Positions 18,097-29,020 are shown, counted from the stretch's first letter. The stretch: DNA of 64,000 nucleotides from Desulfosoma sp. (GCA_037481835.1 JBBFKW010000001.1:203503-267502); one strand, 5' to 3'. Numbers and translations are program-made. The notes: generated by a model from the sequence alone, not told the origin.

Positions 18097-19653
18097 ATGG
18101 AGAGCCGCCTTTCATTCATACACCTTTCGCCAGCGTTGAGCAATGCGCTGCTGGATGCCGCCGCGGCGCTGGAAGTGGGCGCCGCAGGGGACGGCCCCGA
18201 GCGCCATCGGCGCCTTTCCTCCCTGTTTCGGGCTCTGGGGGGCGCGCCGGAGCATAGGCCGGAAGCTCCAAGCCGCAAGCCCCCGACGGACGCAGAGCTT
18301 CCCCTGCCAAGGATGGCCGAAAAAGCAGCGGCGCTCGCCCACACATGGAAGAAGATGGGCATGGCGGTCGCGGCCTGCCGGTTCCCCGCCGGCCATCCTC
18401 TGGAAATGTGTCCCAAGTTCGTGTTTGCCTTGGGATCCCCTCCCGCCCCTCGTTTCATCCTGTCTGCAGCCTTCAATTCCCGCAAAGGAAAACTCACGCG
18501 ACGGGCCGATCCTTGGGTCCGTGCCCTTCGACGCGTTTTCACCCAGACGGGTCAAGAGCCCGTAGCGTGGGTCGGAAGCTTCAAAACAGCGCTTTACGAC
18601 CTGGTCACATGCTGGGCTCATCTCCATGGAAAGCCGACCGTCGTCATCGGCCTTCCATCGCCGAGCCGGTCGGCGTGGGACGAGTTTCGGGCTTTCTTCC
18701 CCGACCTTCAGCCCCATTGGTTCTTTTCCTGCCTGCCCGGACGGGCCGCATGCCCTCCCAAGCAAAACCTGCTGTGTCGGGACCGCCTGGTCGCCGCCGC
18801 AGCAGACCGGCTTTATGTGATCGAAATCCGCCGGGGAGGAAACCTCATGGACGTCCTTTCAAAAGAACTGGCCTCGCGGCCCCGACTCTTCTGGGTTTTT
18901 CCCGCTCGTGCCGGAGCGCCGGAGACGGAAGGAAACGCCGCCATTGAAGAAACCTTTCCACGGCTTGCTCGGATATGGTCCGTCGGACCTGGGGAGCACG
19001 ATCGGCCCTGCGAAAGGCCCTACGGGAGTTCCCGGCCCGAAAGGGGCGCAGTTCTCGGAATGCCGCCTCTTGAAGACCCTTTTCTTTTTCACTACACGCG
19101 CTCGTGCCCCGGCCCATGGCCGGGGCAGGCGCGTTGTGACTGGGCGGACGATCTCTTTCAAGGCCATCCGTGGGCCGATCATACGGCCTTGGATACCTTG
19201 TGGCGGATCCTCTCCGAACGGCGCCTTCGCGCGAGCGGCCGTCTCATTCGAGGGGGCATTCCCGTGGTGTCGTGGACCCCGGTTCCGCCGCAGGACCTCA
19301 CCCGCCTCATCCGATGGAATCCCGCCTTGATCCGGTGGACCTTCGAACCGTACGGCATCGCCGTGAAGCGAAGGGTCCTGAAAAATCTGGGGGCTCGGCC
19401 TGTCATTTACATCCGGGAGGAGGACTTTCCCAAAATCCCCCAACGGGAGCGCTTCCGGTTTCAGCTCCACGAGGTCGGGAAACCGACCTGGAAACGGGAA
19501 AGGGAATGGCGTCTTGCGGGAGACCTCGACTTGGACGCTCTGGACGGGAATGATTGGTGGGCCTTTGTGCCGACGCCCGACGAAGTGTGCCGGCTTCAAA
19601 ACCACGTGCATCGGCAGTGCCGCATCATTTCCCTGCAGGCAGATCCCTTTTAA
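18097..19653 (+). CDS. Hypothetical protein: degenerate DprA/SLOG-like domain plus an AbiGi/DUF2971-like ADP-ribosyltransferase-fold domain
   Basis: The only long ORF filling the ychF-obgE gap. Middle: PKFVFALG, AFNSRK, RDRLVAAAADRLYVIEIRRGGNL, TEGNAAI. C-terminus: LFHYT, LWRIL, VSWT, PYGIAV, GARPVIY, WKREREWR. Start codon is uncertain. Confidence 0.7.
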   Translation: MESRLSFIHLSPALSNALLDAAAALEVGAAGDGPERHRRLSSLFRALGGAPEHRPEAPSRKPPTDAELPLPRMAEKAAALAHTWKKMGMAVAACRFPAGHPLEMCPKFVFALGSPPAPRFILSAAFNSRKGKLTRRADPWVRALRRVFTQTGQEPVAWVGSFKTALYDLVTCWAHLHGKPTVVIGLPSPSRSAWDEFRAFFPDLQPHWFFSCLPGRAACPPKQNLLCRDRLVAAAADRLYVIEIRRGGNLMDVLSKELASRPRLFWVFPARAGAPETEGNAAIEETFPRLARIWSVGPGEHDRPCERPYGSSRPERGAVLGMPPLEDPFLFHYTRSCPGPWPGQARCDWADDLFQGHPWADHTALDTLWRILSERRLRASGRLIRGGIPVVSWTPVPPQDLTRLIRWNPALIRWTFEPYGIAVKRRVLKNLGARPVIYIREEDFPKIPQRERFRFQLHEVGKPTWKREREWRLAGDLDLDALDGNDWWAFVPTPDEVCRLQNHVHRQCRIISLQADPF

Positions 19654-19707
19654 CAGAGTGGACCCACACTCTGGAAATGAGCCTCCCGCGGGGCAGGGTC
19701 AGGACGC

Positions 19708-20815
<1,108 letters not shown>

Positions 20816-20845
20816 CACCATCCGTGCTGCCTGTGGAACAAGCGC

Positions 20846-21115
20846 TTAGCTCGTCTGCGCCGCCACAGGATAGACGCTGACCTTCTGGCGCTGCTTGTCC
20901 TTGTATTCGAAGGCCACGACCCCGTCGATCAGGGCGAACAGCGTGTAATCCTTGCCCATCCCCACATTCTTTCCGGGGTGGAACTTGGTGCCCAGCTGGC
21001 GCACCAGGATGTTGCCGGCTCGCACGAACTGGCCGCCGAACCGCTTCACCCCTCGCCTTTGCCCGGCGCTGTCCCGACCATTCCTGGAACTTCCGCCCGC
21101 TTTCTTGTGTGCCAT
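20846..21115 (-). CDS. rpmA: 50S ribosomal protein L27
   Basis: [17 protein letters not shown]-terminus. Confidence 0.99.
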   Translation of the reverse strand: MAHKKAGGSSRNGRDSAGQRRGVKRFGGQFVRAGNILVRQLGTKFHPGKNVGMGKDYTLFALIDGVVAFEYKDKQRQKVSVYPVAAQTS

Positions 21116-21118
21116 GGT

Positions 21119-21493
21119 CTATGCCTCCTCATCCCGCGCAGTGTCGTCTCGGGAGACGGCATGCTCCGACGTCTGCGGTGCACGGTCCTCGATGCCCTCG
21201 ATCTTCACAGCCGTGTAGGCTTGTCGATGTCCCTGCTTTTTGCGGGAATCCTTGCGCCGCTTGTATTTGAAAATGACGATCTTGTCGCCCCGGCCCTGCT
21301 CCACAATCCGGGCGCGCACCACCTTGTCGGCGACGAGGGGCCGCCCCACGCGGATGTCCTCGCCGTCGGCCACAAGGAGCACGCGATCCAAAAGGATCTC
21401 ATCCCCGGCTTCCCCCGGCAGTTTTTCCAGCTTGAGCAATGCTCCGGGCTCGGCTTTATACTGTTTGCCCCCACATTCCACGATCGCGTACAT
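21119..21493 (-). CDS. rplU: 50S ribosomal protein L21 with a short C-terminal extension
   Basis: [13 protein letters not shown]...[18 protein letters not shown]. Confidence 0.97.
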   Translation of the reverse strand: MYAIVECGGKQYKAEPGALLKLEKLPGEAGDEILLDRVLLVADGEDIRVGRPLVADKVVRARIVEQGRGDKIVIFKYKRRKDSRKKQGHRQAYTAVKIEGIEDRAPQTSEHAVSRDDTARDEEA

Positions 21494-21552
21494 CGGTTTG
21501 TCCTCCGCCCCTGTGCACATTCACGCACCCCGACGCCCCGTGTGATCCAGAC

Positions 21553-21575
21553 AAAAAAAGCGGCCCGCGGCCGCT
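21553..21575 (-). terminator. Intrinsic terminator after the small Cys-rich ORF, upstream of rplU
   Basis: Minus strand AGCGGCC-GCG-GGCCGCT followed by TTTTTT. Confidence 0.75.
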
Positions 21576-21601
21576 CGGCGACAGGCGCATGGGGTGTTCC
21601 G

Positions 21602-21727
21602 TCATCTTCGAGCGTCAGTGCCTTTCCGGGTGAGCATCTCCTGAAACTCTTTCAACTTCTCACAGCTCTCCAGGCACTTGTTCTTGTCCTGATCCTTTTT
21701 GTCACAATCCAGACAAGGGCTTCGCAT
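21602..21727 (-). CDS. Small four-cysteine protein (41 aa), not in the ORF track
   Basis: Manual translation gives MRSPCLDCDKKDQDKNKCLESCEKLKEFQEMLTRKGTDARR*. GGAG RBS, upstream promoter and downstream terminator are present. Confidence 0.72.
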   Translation of the reverse strand: MRSPCLDCDKKDQDKNKCLESCEKLKEFQEMLTRKGTDARR

Positions 21728-21770
21728 CGTCACTCCATGCGGGCTCCTTCCAGAAGCGACGTAACGGGGT

Positions 21771-21800
21771 CTTATAAATGGGCGTCCCGGGCTCTGTCAA
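21771..21800 (-). promoter_or_regulatory. Putative sigma70 promoter for the small Cys-rich ORF
   Basis: Minus strand TTGACA-N18-TATAAG. Confidence 0.6.
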
Positions 21801-21935
21801 GGCTTTTCCCACGGAAACGGGCCCTCCACACGGGCCTTCACAAACGGCGGCGATTGGCTTAAAGAGGCTCTGGAACTTTCGAGCCCGCGGGACGGGCCGC
21901 CTTCCAATCCGACTGAGGAAAAAGGACAGACGATC

Positions 21936-23282
21936 ATGAGCGACCATCAAGCTTCGGAACGCGTCTTTTATCGAAATTTACGAAAATCGTATCCCGTCGT
22001 CGACCGCGGCGAGGGGATTTTCATTTGGGATAGGGACGGCCGCCGTTACATCGACGGTTCGGGCGGCGCCTGCGTGGTGAGCATCGGCCATGGGGTGCCG
22101 GAAATCCTTGAGGCCATGCAGGCCCAAGCGCGCCGGATCTGCTTTGCCCACAGCAGCCATTTTACCAGCGAAGCCGCTTTGGAATGCGCCGATCTCTTGA
22201 CCCGGATGGCTCCCGACCCTTCGCTCAACCGCGTCTATTTCCTTTCGGGCGGATCGGAAGCGGTGGAGACGGCCGTAAAGGTCGTCCGGCAGTACTGGCG
22301 GGAAGTGGGCAAACCCGACAAGTACAAGGTCATCAGCCGCTGGACGAGCTTCCACGGAAACACGACAGGCGCCCTGGCCCTTGGGGGCCACACCGGCCGC
22401 CGGCGCCATTACCTCCCTCTGTTTCTCCATACACCCCATATCGAACCGGCCTATTGTTACCGGTGCCCCTTCGGGCATAAACCCGAATCGTGCCGGCTGG
22501 AATGCGCCGACCAATTGGAACGGACCATCAAGTACGAAGGGCCGGATGCCGTGGCGGCTTTTATCGCCGAACCCGTCGTGGGCGCCACCGCGGGCGCCCT
22601 GGTGCCGAAAGACGGTTATTGGCAGCGGATCCGAGAGATCTGCGACGCCTACGACGTGAAACTCATCGCCGATGAGGTCATGACGGGTGTGGGCCGAACG
22701 GGCCAGAATTTCGCCTTGGACCATTGGGGCGTCGTCCCCGATGTCATCGTCACGGCAAAAGGACTGAGCTCCGGCTATACGCCTCTCGGCGCGGTCATCG
22801 TCAAGGAAGAAATCCACGAGGCCATCCGCCGAGGAACCGGGGCGTTCGTCCACGGCCACACCTACTGCCAAAACCCCCTGTCGGTGGCCATCGGCGCCGC
22901 CGTCTTGCGATACATTGAAAAACATCAGCTCGTGGAGCGATCCGCCCGCATGGGCCGCCTCCTCCTGGAGAGCCTCCAGAGCCTTCGAAAACATGCCGCT
23001 GTCGGCGATGTACGGGGTATCGGGCTTTTCGCCGGAATCGAACTGGTCAAAGACAAGGAGACCAAGGAAACCTTCCCGCCGTCGCTCAAGGTGAACGCCC
23101 GGGTCGCCCAGGAAGCCTTCCAAAGAGGGCTCATCACCTATCCGGGATCCGGCGGGGCCGACGGGATCAACGGAGACCACATCCTGCTGGCGCCACCGTT
23201 TATCATCGACGAAGGGGGCATCGCGGAAATCACCCGCATCCTGGACGACGCCCTTCAAGCGGTGTCGTCCCAGGGGCTTTGA
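21936..23282 (+). CDS. Class III PLP-dependent aminotransferase
   Basis: RYIDGSGG, SGGSEAVE, SFHGNT, AFIAEPVVG, DEVMTGVGRTG, AKGL and HGHTY motifs. Confidence 0.93.
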   Translation: MSDHQASERVFYRNLRKSYPVVDRGEGIFIWDRDGRRYIDGSGGACVVSIGHGVPEILEAMQAQARRICFAHSSHFTSEAALECADLLTRMAPDPSLNRVYFLSGGSEAVETAVKVVRQYWREVGKPDKYKVISRWTSFHGNTTGALALGGHTGRRRHYLPLFLHTPHIEPAYCYRCPFGHKPESCRLECADQLERTIKYEGPDAVAAFIAEPVVGATAGALVPKDGYWQRIREICDAYDVKLIADEVMTGVGRTGQNFALDHWGVVPDVIVTAKGLSSGYTPLGAVIVKEEIHEAIRRGTGAFVHGHTYCQNPLSVAIGAAVLRYIEKHQLVERSARMGRLLLESLQSLRKHAAVGDVRGIGLFAGIELVKDKETKETFPPSLKVNARVAQEAFQRGLITYPGSGGADGINGDHILLAPPFIIDEGGIAEITRILDDALQAVSSQGL

Positions 23283-23288
23283 AGCCCA

Positions 23289-23969
23289 TCAGACCCTGTG
23301 GAATTCGAAGCCGGGCAGGGTCAGCCGCTTTTCCAGACCCTTCAGGACCCCAGTGGCGACGGTGACGAAAAGAAGGTAGACGAACCCGACGGCGGCAAAC
23401 ACCTCGGTGTACTTGAAGGTGGACGAGGCGACGATTTTTCCTTCGCCTGTCAGTTCGATGCAGGTCACCATGTAGGCCAAGGAAGAGTATTTGATCAGAT
23501 AGATCCATTCGTTGCCGCATCCGGGCAGAGCGCGCCGCACCGCCTGGGGCAGGATAATGTGCACCAGGGTTTGCAGGCGGCTCATCCCGATGGCCTGGGC
23601 CGCCAGGATCTGCCCTCGCTTGATGGAAAGGAGCGCCCCCCGGATGTATTCAGAATGATACGCCCCGCTGCACAGCGTAAACCCGAGGACCGCCGCTTCG
23701 TAGGGGGTGAGGTAGACGCCCAGGCGGGGCATGCCGAAGTACCAAATGTAGAGCTGCACTAAGAGCGGAAATCCGCGAAAGACGGCCACATAGGCGTCCG
23801 CGGCCCAGCGCAGCAGGGAAAACCCGTAGACGCGGCACGATCCCGCCAGCACCCCGCAGACAAACCCCAGCACGGCCGACGGGATGATGAGCCGCAACGA
23901 GACGGCGGCGCCTCGCAAGAGAGCCGGGGCCAGATCCCCGTAGAGGAAGAGCAGCTCGTCCGAGATCAC
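23289..23969 (-). CDS. Polar amino acid ABC transporter permease
   Basis: FRGFPLLVQL, AYHSEYIRG and ILPQA motifs. Confidence 0.93.
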   Translation of the reverse strand: MISDELLFLYGDLAPALLRGAAVSLRLIIPSAVLGFVCGVLAGSCRVYGFSLLRWAADAYVAVFRGFPLLVQLYIWYFGMPRLGVYLTPYEAAVLGFTLCSGAYHSEYIRGALLSIKRGQILAAQAIGMSRLQTLVHIILPQAVRRALPGCGNEWIYLIKYSSLAYMVTCIELTGEGKIVASSTFKYTEVFAAVGFVYLLFVTVATGVLKGLEKRLTLPGFEFHRV

Positions 23970-24718
23970 GGCCGCCCGCCCAATTCGCCGATCTTGGCAC
24001 AGAATTCACGCGTCCGAGCGCATCGGGCTTCGTCCAGGATGATGTCCGGGGGCCCCTGTTCCACGATCCGGCCGTCCTCCATGAAAATCATCTCATGGGC
24101 CAGAGCCCGGGCGAAGCCGATCTGATGGGTGGCCATGATCATGGTCATGCCGGATGCCCCCAGTTCCCGGATCACGGCATGGACCTCCCCGATGAGTTCG
24201 GGATCCAGAGCCGATGTGGGTTCATCCAGGAGCATGACCTTGGGATCCAAGGCCAGAGCCCGGGCGATGGAGACCCTCTGTTTTTGGCCTCCGGAAAGCT
24301 CCGCGGGATACTTGCCCGCATGATCCGCCAAACCCACGCGCTCCAGTTCGGCCATGGCCCGGCGGCGGGCCGCTTTCTTGTCCATCTTTTTGACCCGAAC
24401 GAGGCCGATTTCCACATTCCCCAAAGCCGTGAGGTGGTCGAAGAGGTTGAATTCCTGGAAGATCATGCCCACCTGCTGACGATAGGCGCACAAATCCCTC
24501 TTGCGGCTCGGGTCGATGCGCCGGCCTTCGAGGAAGATGTCCCCGCTGTCGGGAGAGACGAGAAAGTTGATCATCTGGAGCAAGGTGCTCTTGCCCGCTC
24601 CCGACGGCCCGATAAGCACCTTGATTTCACCACGCCGCACCGACAAGGAAACCCCTTTGACGATTTCCTTGTTCCCGTAGTGCTTACGGATCTCCTGCAC
24701 CTGAAGGATCGTATCCAT
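23966..24718 (-). CDS. Polar amino acid ABC transporter ATP-binding protein
   Basis: GPSGAGKST, LSGGQKQRV and LLDEPTSALDPEL motifs. Confidence 0.95.
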   Translation of the reverse strand: MDTILQVQEIRKHYGNKEIVKGVSLSVRRGEIKVLIGPSGAGKSTLLQMINFLVSPDSGDIFLEGRRIDPSRKRDLCAYRQQVGMIFQEFNLFDHLTALGNVEIGLVRVKKMDKKAARRRAMAELERVGLADHAGKYPAELSGGQKQRVSIARALALDPKVMLLDEPTSALDPELIGEVHAVIRELGASGMTMIMATHQIGFARALAHEMIFMEDGRIVEQGPPDIILDEARCARTREFCAKIGELGGRP

Positions 24719-24739
24719 GCTCTCGATGTGAACGGCTCC

Positions 24740-25402
24740 TTACGCGTAGCCCTTGATGCGGACCTTCTTGTGCACCAGTCCCAAAAGACGGGTCCCGGCG
24801 AACGTGAGAACCATGAAGAGAAGGCCCGCGCTGATATAGATGGGCAGATGTTGGTAGGTCCGCGACGCCACGTGGTGGGCGCGGGCCATGATTTCCGCCA
24901 CGCCCAGGGCGTAGGTTACGGCGGAATCCTTGAGCAGGATCGCGTACTCGTTGGACCACCCCGGAATGGCCAGCCGCAGGGCCTGCGGCAGAACGATGAG
25001 CACGATGGCTTGAGCGTCGCTCATCCCTACAGCGCGCGCCGCCTTCATTTGCCCCGCCGGGACGGACAGGATGGCCCCCCGCAGAATCTGGGACTGGTAG
25101 GCGCCGCTGATGCAGCCCAAAACAATCACGGCCACCGTGAACGCGGAAAGGTCCAGTCCGAGGAAGGGGAAAATGCCGAAATAGAAAAGAAATAAAAGGA
25201 CCAACAAAGGCACTCCCCGGAAAAACCACACATAAAGGCCGATGAACCGCCGAAGCCACCTGGGGCCGTAAACCGCCCCCACCGCCAAAGGCAAACCGAT
25301 GCTCAGGCCCAAAGCCAAAGCCCCGGAGACCACCACAAGGGTGATCCAGGTGCCTTTCAGCAGATAGGGCAGCCCCTCTTTGAGGACGGGCAGAAAGTCC
25401 AT
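24740..25402 (-). CDS. Polar amino acid ABC transporter permease
   Basis: FRGVPLLV, GQMKAARAVG, VLPQALR and LLKDS motifs. Confidence 0.93.
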   Translation of the reverse strand: MDFLPVLKEGLPYLLKGTWITLVVVSGALALGLSIGLPLAVGAVYGPRWLRRFIGLYVWFFRGVPLLVLLFLFYFGIFPFLGLDLSAFTVAVIVLGCISGAYQSQILRGAILSVPAGQMKAARAVGMSDAQAIVLIVLPQALRLAIPGWSNEYAILLKDSAVTYALGVAEIMARAHHVASRTYQHLPIYISAGLLFMVLTFAGTRLLGLVHKKVRIKGYA

Positions 25403-25827
25403 CGTCGCCGACCCCTCCGAAGATCATCGATCCCCGACCGTATCCCGAGTCCTTCTTGGAAAGGAGCCGGGTTTGAAGCGGTTACAGATAACAAAAGGCT
25501 CAAGATCGTTCAAGAAAAATGGCGAGATCCGCCGATGGGCTTCGCGCGCCGTTGAGTGGGCGAGATCGCCAGGGCCGACGTTTGGTCTCTCTTAACAGGG
25601 TTGCGCCCCATCGTCTTTTTTGATAACCAGGGAGGCAGTCCTCAAGAGGCCTGTTGGGTGTGCGGATTTTCCTCGGGGTTTTCTCTTTTTCGCCCGATGC
25701 GCCGCGGACCGGTGGCTGCCGCCATTGGCCCGAACGGGCATGGGCCCAAGATGAAGGATGCAGGAACGCAAGAAGGGCAGTGCGGCTTCACCGTAAACGG
25801 TCACCTTAAAAGAGCAGGAGGATAGAC

Positions 25828-26817
25828 ATGAAGCGTGCCGGAATGTTTCTCGCCCTTGTTTTCTTGATGGGAACGTTCTTTACCGCCATGAGCCCCGTTT
25901 CGTCACAGGCCAAAACGGTTTTCGTCACCATCGGCACAGGCGGCATCACGGGCGTCTACTACCCCACGGGGGGCGCCATCTGCAAGATGATCAACGACAA
26001 GCGGGACCAGTATGGCATCCGGTGCACCGTGGAAGCGACGGGGGGATCGGTTTTCAACATCAACGCCGTCCTGGCCGGGGATCTGGAGTTCGGCATCGCC
26101 CAGTCGGACCGCCAGTATCAGGCGGTCAAGGGAGAAGCGGAATGGAAGGACAAAGGTCCCCAGAAGGATCTTCGGGCCGTCTTCAGTCTGCATCCTGAAG
26201 CGGTGACGTTGGTAGCTGCGGAAGATGCGGGGATCAAGACCGTTGCCGATCTCAAAGGAAAACGCGTCAACATCGGCAACCCCGGATCAGGCCAGCTGCA
26301 AAATTCCATCGACGTTCTGGAAGCCTTCGGCATCAGTTGGGAAAAGGACATCAAAGCGGAACAGGCCAAAGCGGCGGAAGCCCCCGGGCTGCTTCAAGAC
26401 GGGCGCATCGACGCCTTTTTCTATACCGTCGGCCACCCCAGCGGCGCCATTAAGGAAGCCACGGCGGGACACCGCAAGGTTCGCTTTGTGCCCATTGAGG
26501 GAGCGCCCGTGGATGCGCTGATCAAGAAATACCCCTACTATGCCAAGGCCGTGATTCCCATCGCCATGTACGAAGGAGCCGCCAACAAGGAAAACGTGCC
26601 CACGGTCGGCGTCAAGGCCACGTTCGTCACCTCCTCCAAAACCCCGGACGATGTGGTCTATGCCATTGTTAAGGAAATCTTCGACAACCTAGACACCTTC
26701 AAGACTCTGCACCCGGCTTATGAGGTCCTGACCCCTTCCAGTATGCTGGAAGGGCTTTCCGCTCCGTTCCATCCCGGTGCGGAGAAATACTTCAAGGAAA
26801 AAGGGTTGCTGAAATAG
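25828..26817 (+). CDS. TAXI-family TRAP transporter solute-binding protein
   Basis: Signal peptide, IGTGGITGVYYPTG, TGGSVFN, GNPGSG and PFHPGAEKY motifs. Confidence 0.95.
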   Translation: MKRAGMFLALVFLMGTFFTAMSPVSSQAKTVFVTIGTGGITGVYYPTGGAICKMINDKRDQYGIRCTVEATGGSVFNINAVLAGDLEFGIAQSDRQYQAVKGEAEWKDKGPQKDLRAVFSLHPEAVTLVAAEDAGIKTVADLKGKRVNIGNPGSGQLQNSIDVLEAFGISWEKDIKAEQAKAAEAPGLLQDGRIDAFFYTVGHPSGAIKEATAGHRKVRFVPIEGAPVDALIKKYPYYAKAVIPIAMYEGAANKENVPTVGVKATFVTSSKTPDDVVYAIVKEIFDNLDTFKTLHPAYEVLTPSSMLEGLSAPFHPGAEKYFKEKGLLK

Positions 26818-26926
26818 GGTGCCATCTCGAGGCGGCGGGATCCGCCCCGCCGCCTCCCCTGCACCTCAACCCGATCCCCAACGTCCGCCTCAGAGGACAC
26901 CGCCCATTTCTCTTAGAGGGAGGCCC

Positions 26927-29002
26927 ATGACCCCCGATCCCAAGGACAAAGACGCCGGTCTCGAATTGGCGCACAAACTGGCCCAGGAAGAGACCGGAGG
27001 GACTCGAGCCACCCGGGGTTTTTCCAAATACGTCGTTGCCACCGTCGGTGTGGCCTGGTCCCTTTTCCAGCTTTCCATCGCCAGTTGGCTCATTCTCGAT
27101 TCCTGGTATGTCCGAGCCATCCACCTTGCCTTTGCCATCTTCATCGTCTACATCAGCTTTCCCATGTTTCGCAAACCGCGGTTGGGAATCTCCTTCTGGG
27201 CCGCCACCGACCGTGTTCCCATCATGGACTGGATTCTCGCCCCCCTTGCGGCCTTTGCGGCTCTCTACGTCATCATCGATTACCAGGGCATTATCATGCG
27301 CTATGGGGCGCCCATCCCTCGGGACATCGTTATGGGCTTCCTGCTCCTCGTGCTCCTTCTGGAAGCCGCCCGGCGGACCATCGGACCCGCCCTGTCCGTG
27401 ATCGCCTTGGTTTTTACGCTCTACGCCTTCTACGGCCCGTACATGCCGGATTTCCTCGCCTTCAAGGGCGTGTCCCTGAACCGGTTCGTGGGCCAGATGA
27501 CCATGTCCACGGAAGGCATCTACGGGATCCCTCTGGATGTGTCGGCAACCATTGTTTTTCTGTTCGTGCTTTTCGGGTCCATGCTGGAAAAGGCGGGGGC
27601 GGGGCATTTTTTTATCCAATTGGCCTTGAGCCTTTTGGGAGGGTATAAGGGCGGTCCTGCCAAAGCGGCCATCTTGAGCAGCGGGCTTACGGGCTTGGTT
27701 TCCGGATCCAGCATCGCCAACGTGGTCACCACAGGCACCTTTACCATCCCGCTCATGAAACGCGTGGGCTACCCTCCCACCAAGGCGGCGGCCATCGAAG
27801 TGGCGGCCAGCACGGACGGCCAGCTGGCGCCGCCCATCATGGGCGCCGCGGCCTTCATCATCGCTGAGTATGTGAGCGTCCCCTACATCGCCGTGGTGAA
27901 AGCGGCGGCGATCCCGGCCTTCGCCTCCTACGCGGCGCTCCTTTTCATTTCCCACATCGAGGCCTCCAAGCTGGGCTTGAAAGGGCTGCCTCGGGAGGAA
28001 CTTCCGCCGTTCTTCAAGACCTTTCTGAGCGGATTGCAATACCTGGTTCCTCTGGTCATGCTGCTCTACGAGCTCGTGGTCCTTCGGCATACCCCTCAAT
28101 CCTCCGCCTTTAACGCCATTTGGGTCCTGGCTCTGCTCATGATTGCGCAGCCGTGCGTTCGCGCCCTCAAGGCCGGGGAACCGATCTTACCGGCGTTGAA
28201 AAAGGGTTTTACGGACATCCTGGCCGCTTTCGCTTCCGGAGCCCGAAACATGGTCAGTGTGGCCATGGCCACGGCGGCGGCGGGCGTGATCGTCGGCGTG
28301 GTGGCCATGGGTTTGGGAGGCTTGGTCAATCAGATCGTAGATGCCTTGGCCGGTGGAAACATTTATTTGCTCCTCGTCATCACGGCCATAGCCAGCCTCA
28401 TTATCGGCATGGGCCTGCCCACGACGGCCACCTACATCGTTATGGCATCGCTTACCGCTCCCGCCATCGTCACCGTGGGAGGCGCTTACGGCTTTGAAGT
28501 TCCGCTCATGGCGGCCCATCTGTTTTGTTTCTTTTTCGGCATTCTGGCGGACGACACACCCCCCGTGGGTCTCGCGGCTTACGCCGCCTCCGCCATCGCT
28601 CGCTCGGATCCCATCCGGACGGGCTTTCAAGGTTTCATGTATGACATCCGCACGGCCATCTTGCCGTTCATGTTCATCTTCAACCACGATCTCATCCTTC
28701 ACGGCGTGAACAGCTGGACCCAAGGGCTGCTCATTTTCGCCATGGCGTGTTTCGGCAATTTCGCTTTCGCCGCCGCCACCCAAGGATGGCTCATCACCCG
28801 AAACCGCCTCTATGAAATCCCGTTGCTGCTCGCCGTGACCCTCACCCTTATGCGCCCCGAGCTCATCGCCTCTTGGTGCGGCGTTTCCTACGAAAACCGC
28901 TATTGGATGTACGGGCTCGGAATGGGCCTTTTCGCCGTCATTTACCTTTTGCAGAGGCTCCGCCTCCCGAAGGGCGTGTCCCGGGACGCAGCCCAGAACT
29001 GA
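26927..29002 (+). CDS. TRAP transporter fused 4TM/12TM permease
   Basis: GGPAKAA, SGSSIANVVTTG, PPIMGAAAF, GMGLPTTATY and TPPVGLAAY motifs. Confidence 0.94.
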   Translation: MTPDPKDKDAGLELAHKLAQEETGGTRATRGFSKYVVATVGVAWSLFQLSIASWLILDSWYVRAIHLAFAIFIVYISFPMFRKPRLGISFWAATDRVPIMDWILAPLAAFAALYVIIDYQGIIMRYGAPIPRDIVMGFLLLVLLLEAARRTIGPALSVIALVFTLYAFYGPYMPDFLAFKGVSLNRFVGQMTMSTEGIYGIPLDVSATIVFLFVLFGSMLEKAGAGHFFIQLALSLLGGYKGGPAKAAILSSGLTGLVSGSSIANVVTTGTFTIPLMKRVGYPPTKAAAIEVAASTDGQLAPPIMGAAAFIIAEYVSVPYIAVVKAAAIPAFASYAALLFISHIEASKLGLKGLPREELPPFFKTFLSGLQYLVPLVMLLYELVVLRHTPQSSAFNAIWVLALLMIAQPCVRALKAGEPILPALKKGFTDILAAFASGARNMVSVAMATAAAGVIVGVVAMGLGGLVNQIVDALAGGNIYLLLVITAIASLIIGMGLPTTATYIVMASLTAPAIVTVGGAYGFEVPLMAAHLFCFFFGILADDTPPVGLAAYAASAIARSDPIRTGFQGFMYDIRTAILPFMFIFNHDLILHGVNSWTQGLLIFAMACFGNFAFAAATQGWLITRNRLYEIPLLLAVTLTLMRPELIASWCGVSYENRYWMYGLGMGLFAVIYLLQRLRLPKGVSRDAAQN

Positions 29003-29020
29003 AGGGGAGAACGCTTTCCC

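Noticed and set aside
18097..19653. Canonical dprA
   Set aside because: Key DprA motifs (SGLARGID, RNRII) are degenerate, and the C-terminal domain is not the usual winged helix.
25482..25493. GTTA-CAGA-TAAC palindrome upstream of the ABC and TAXI genes
   Set aside because: Too short, and only one copy, so it cannot be distinguished from chance.
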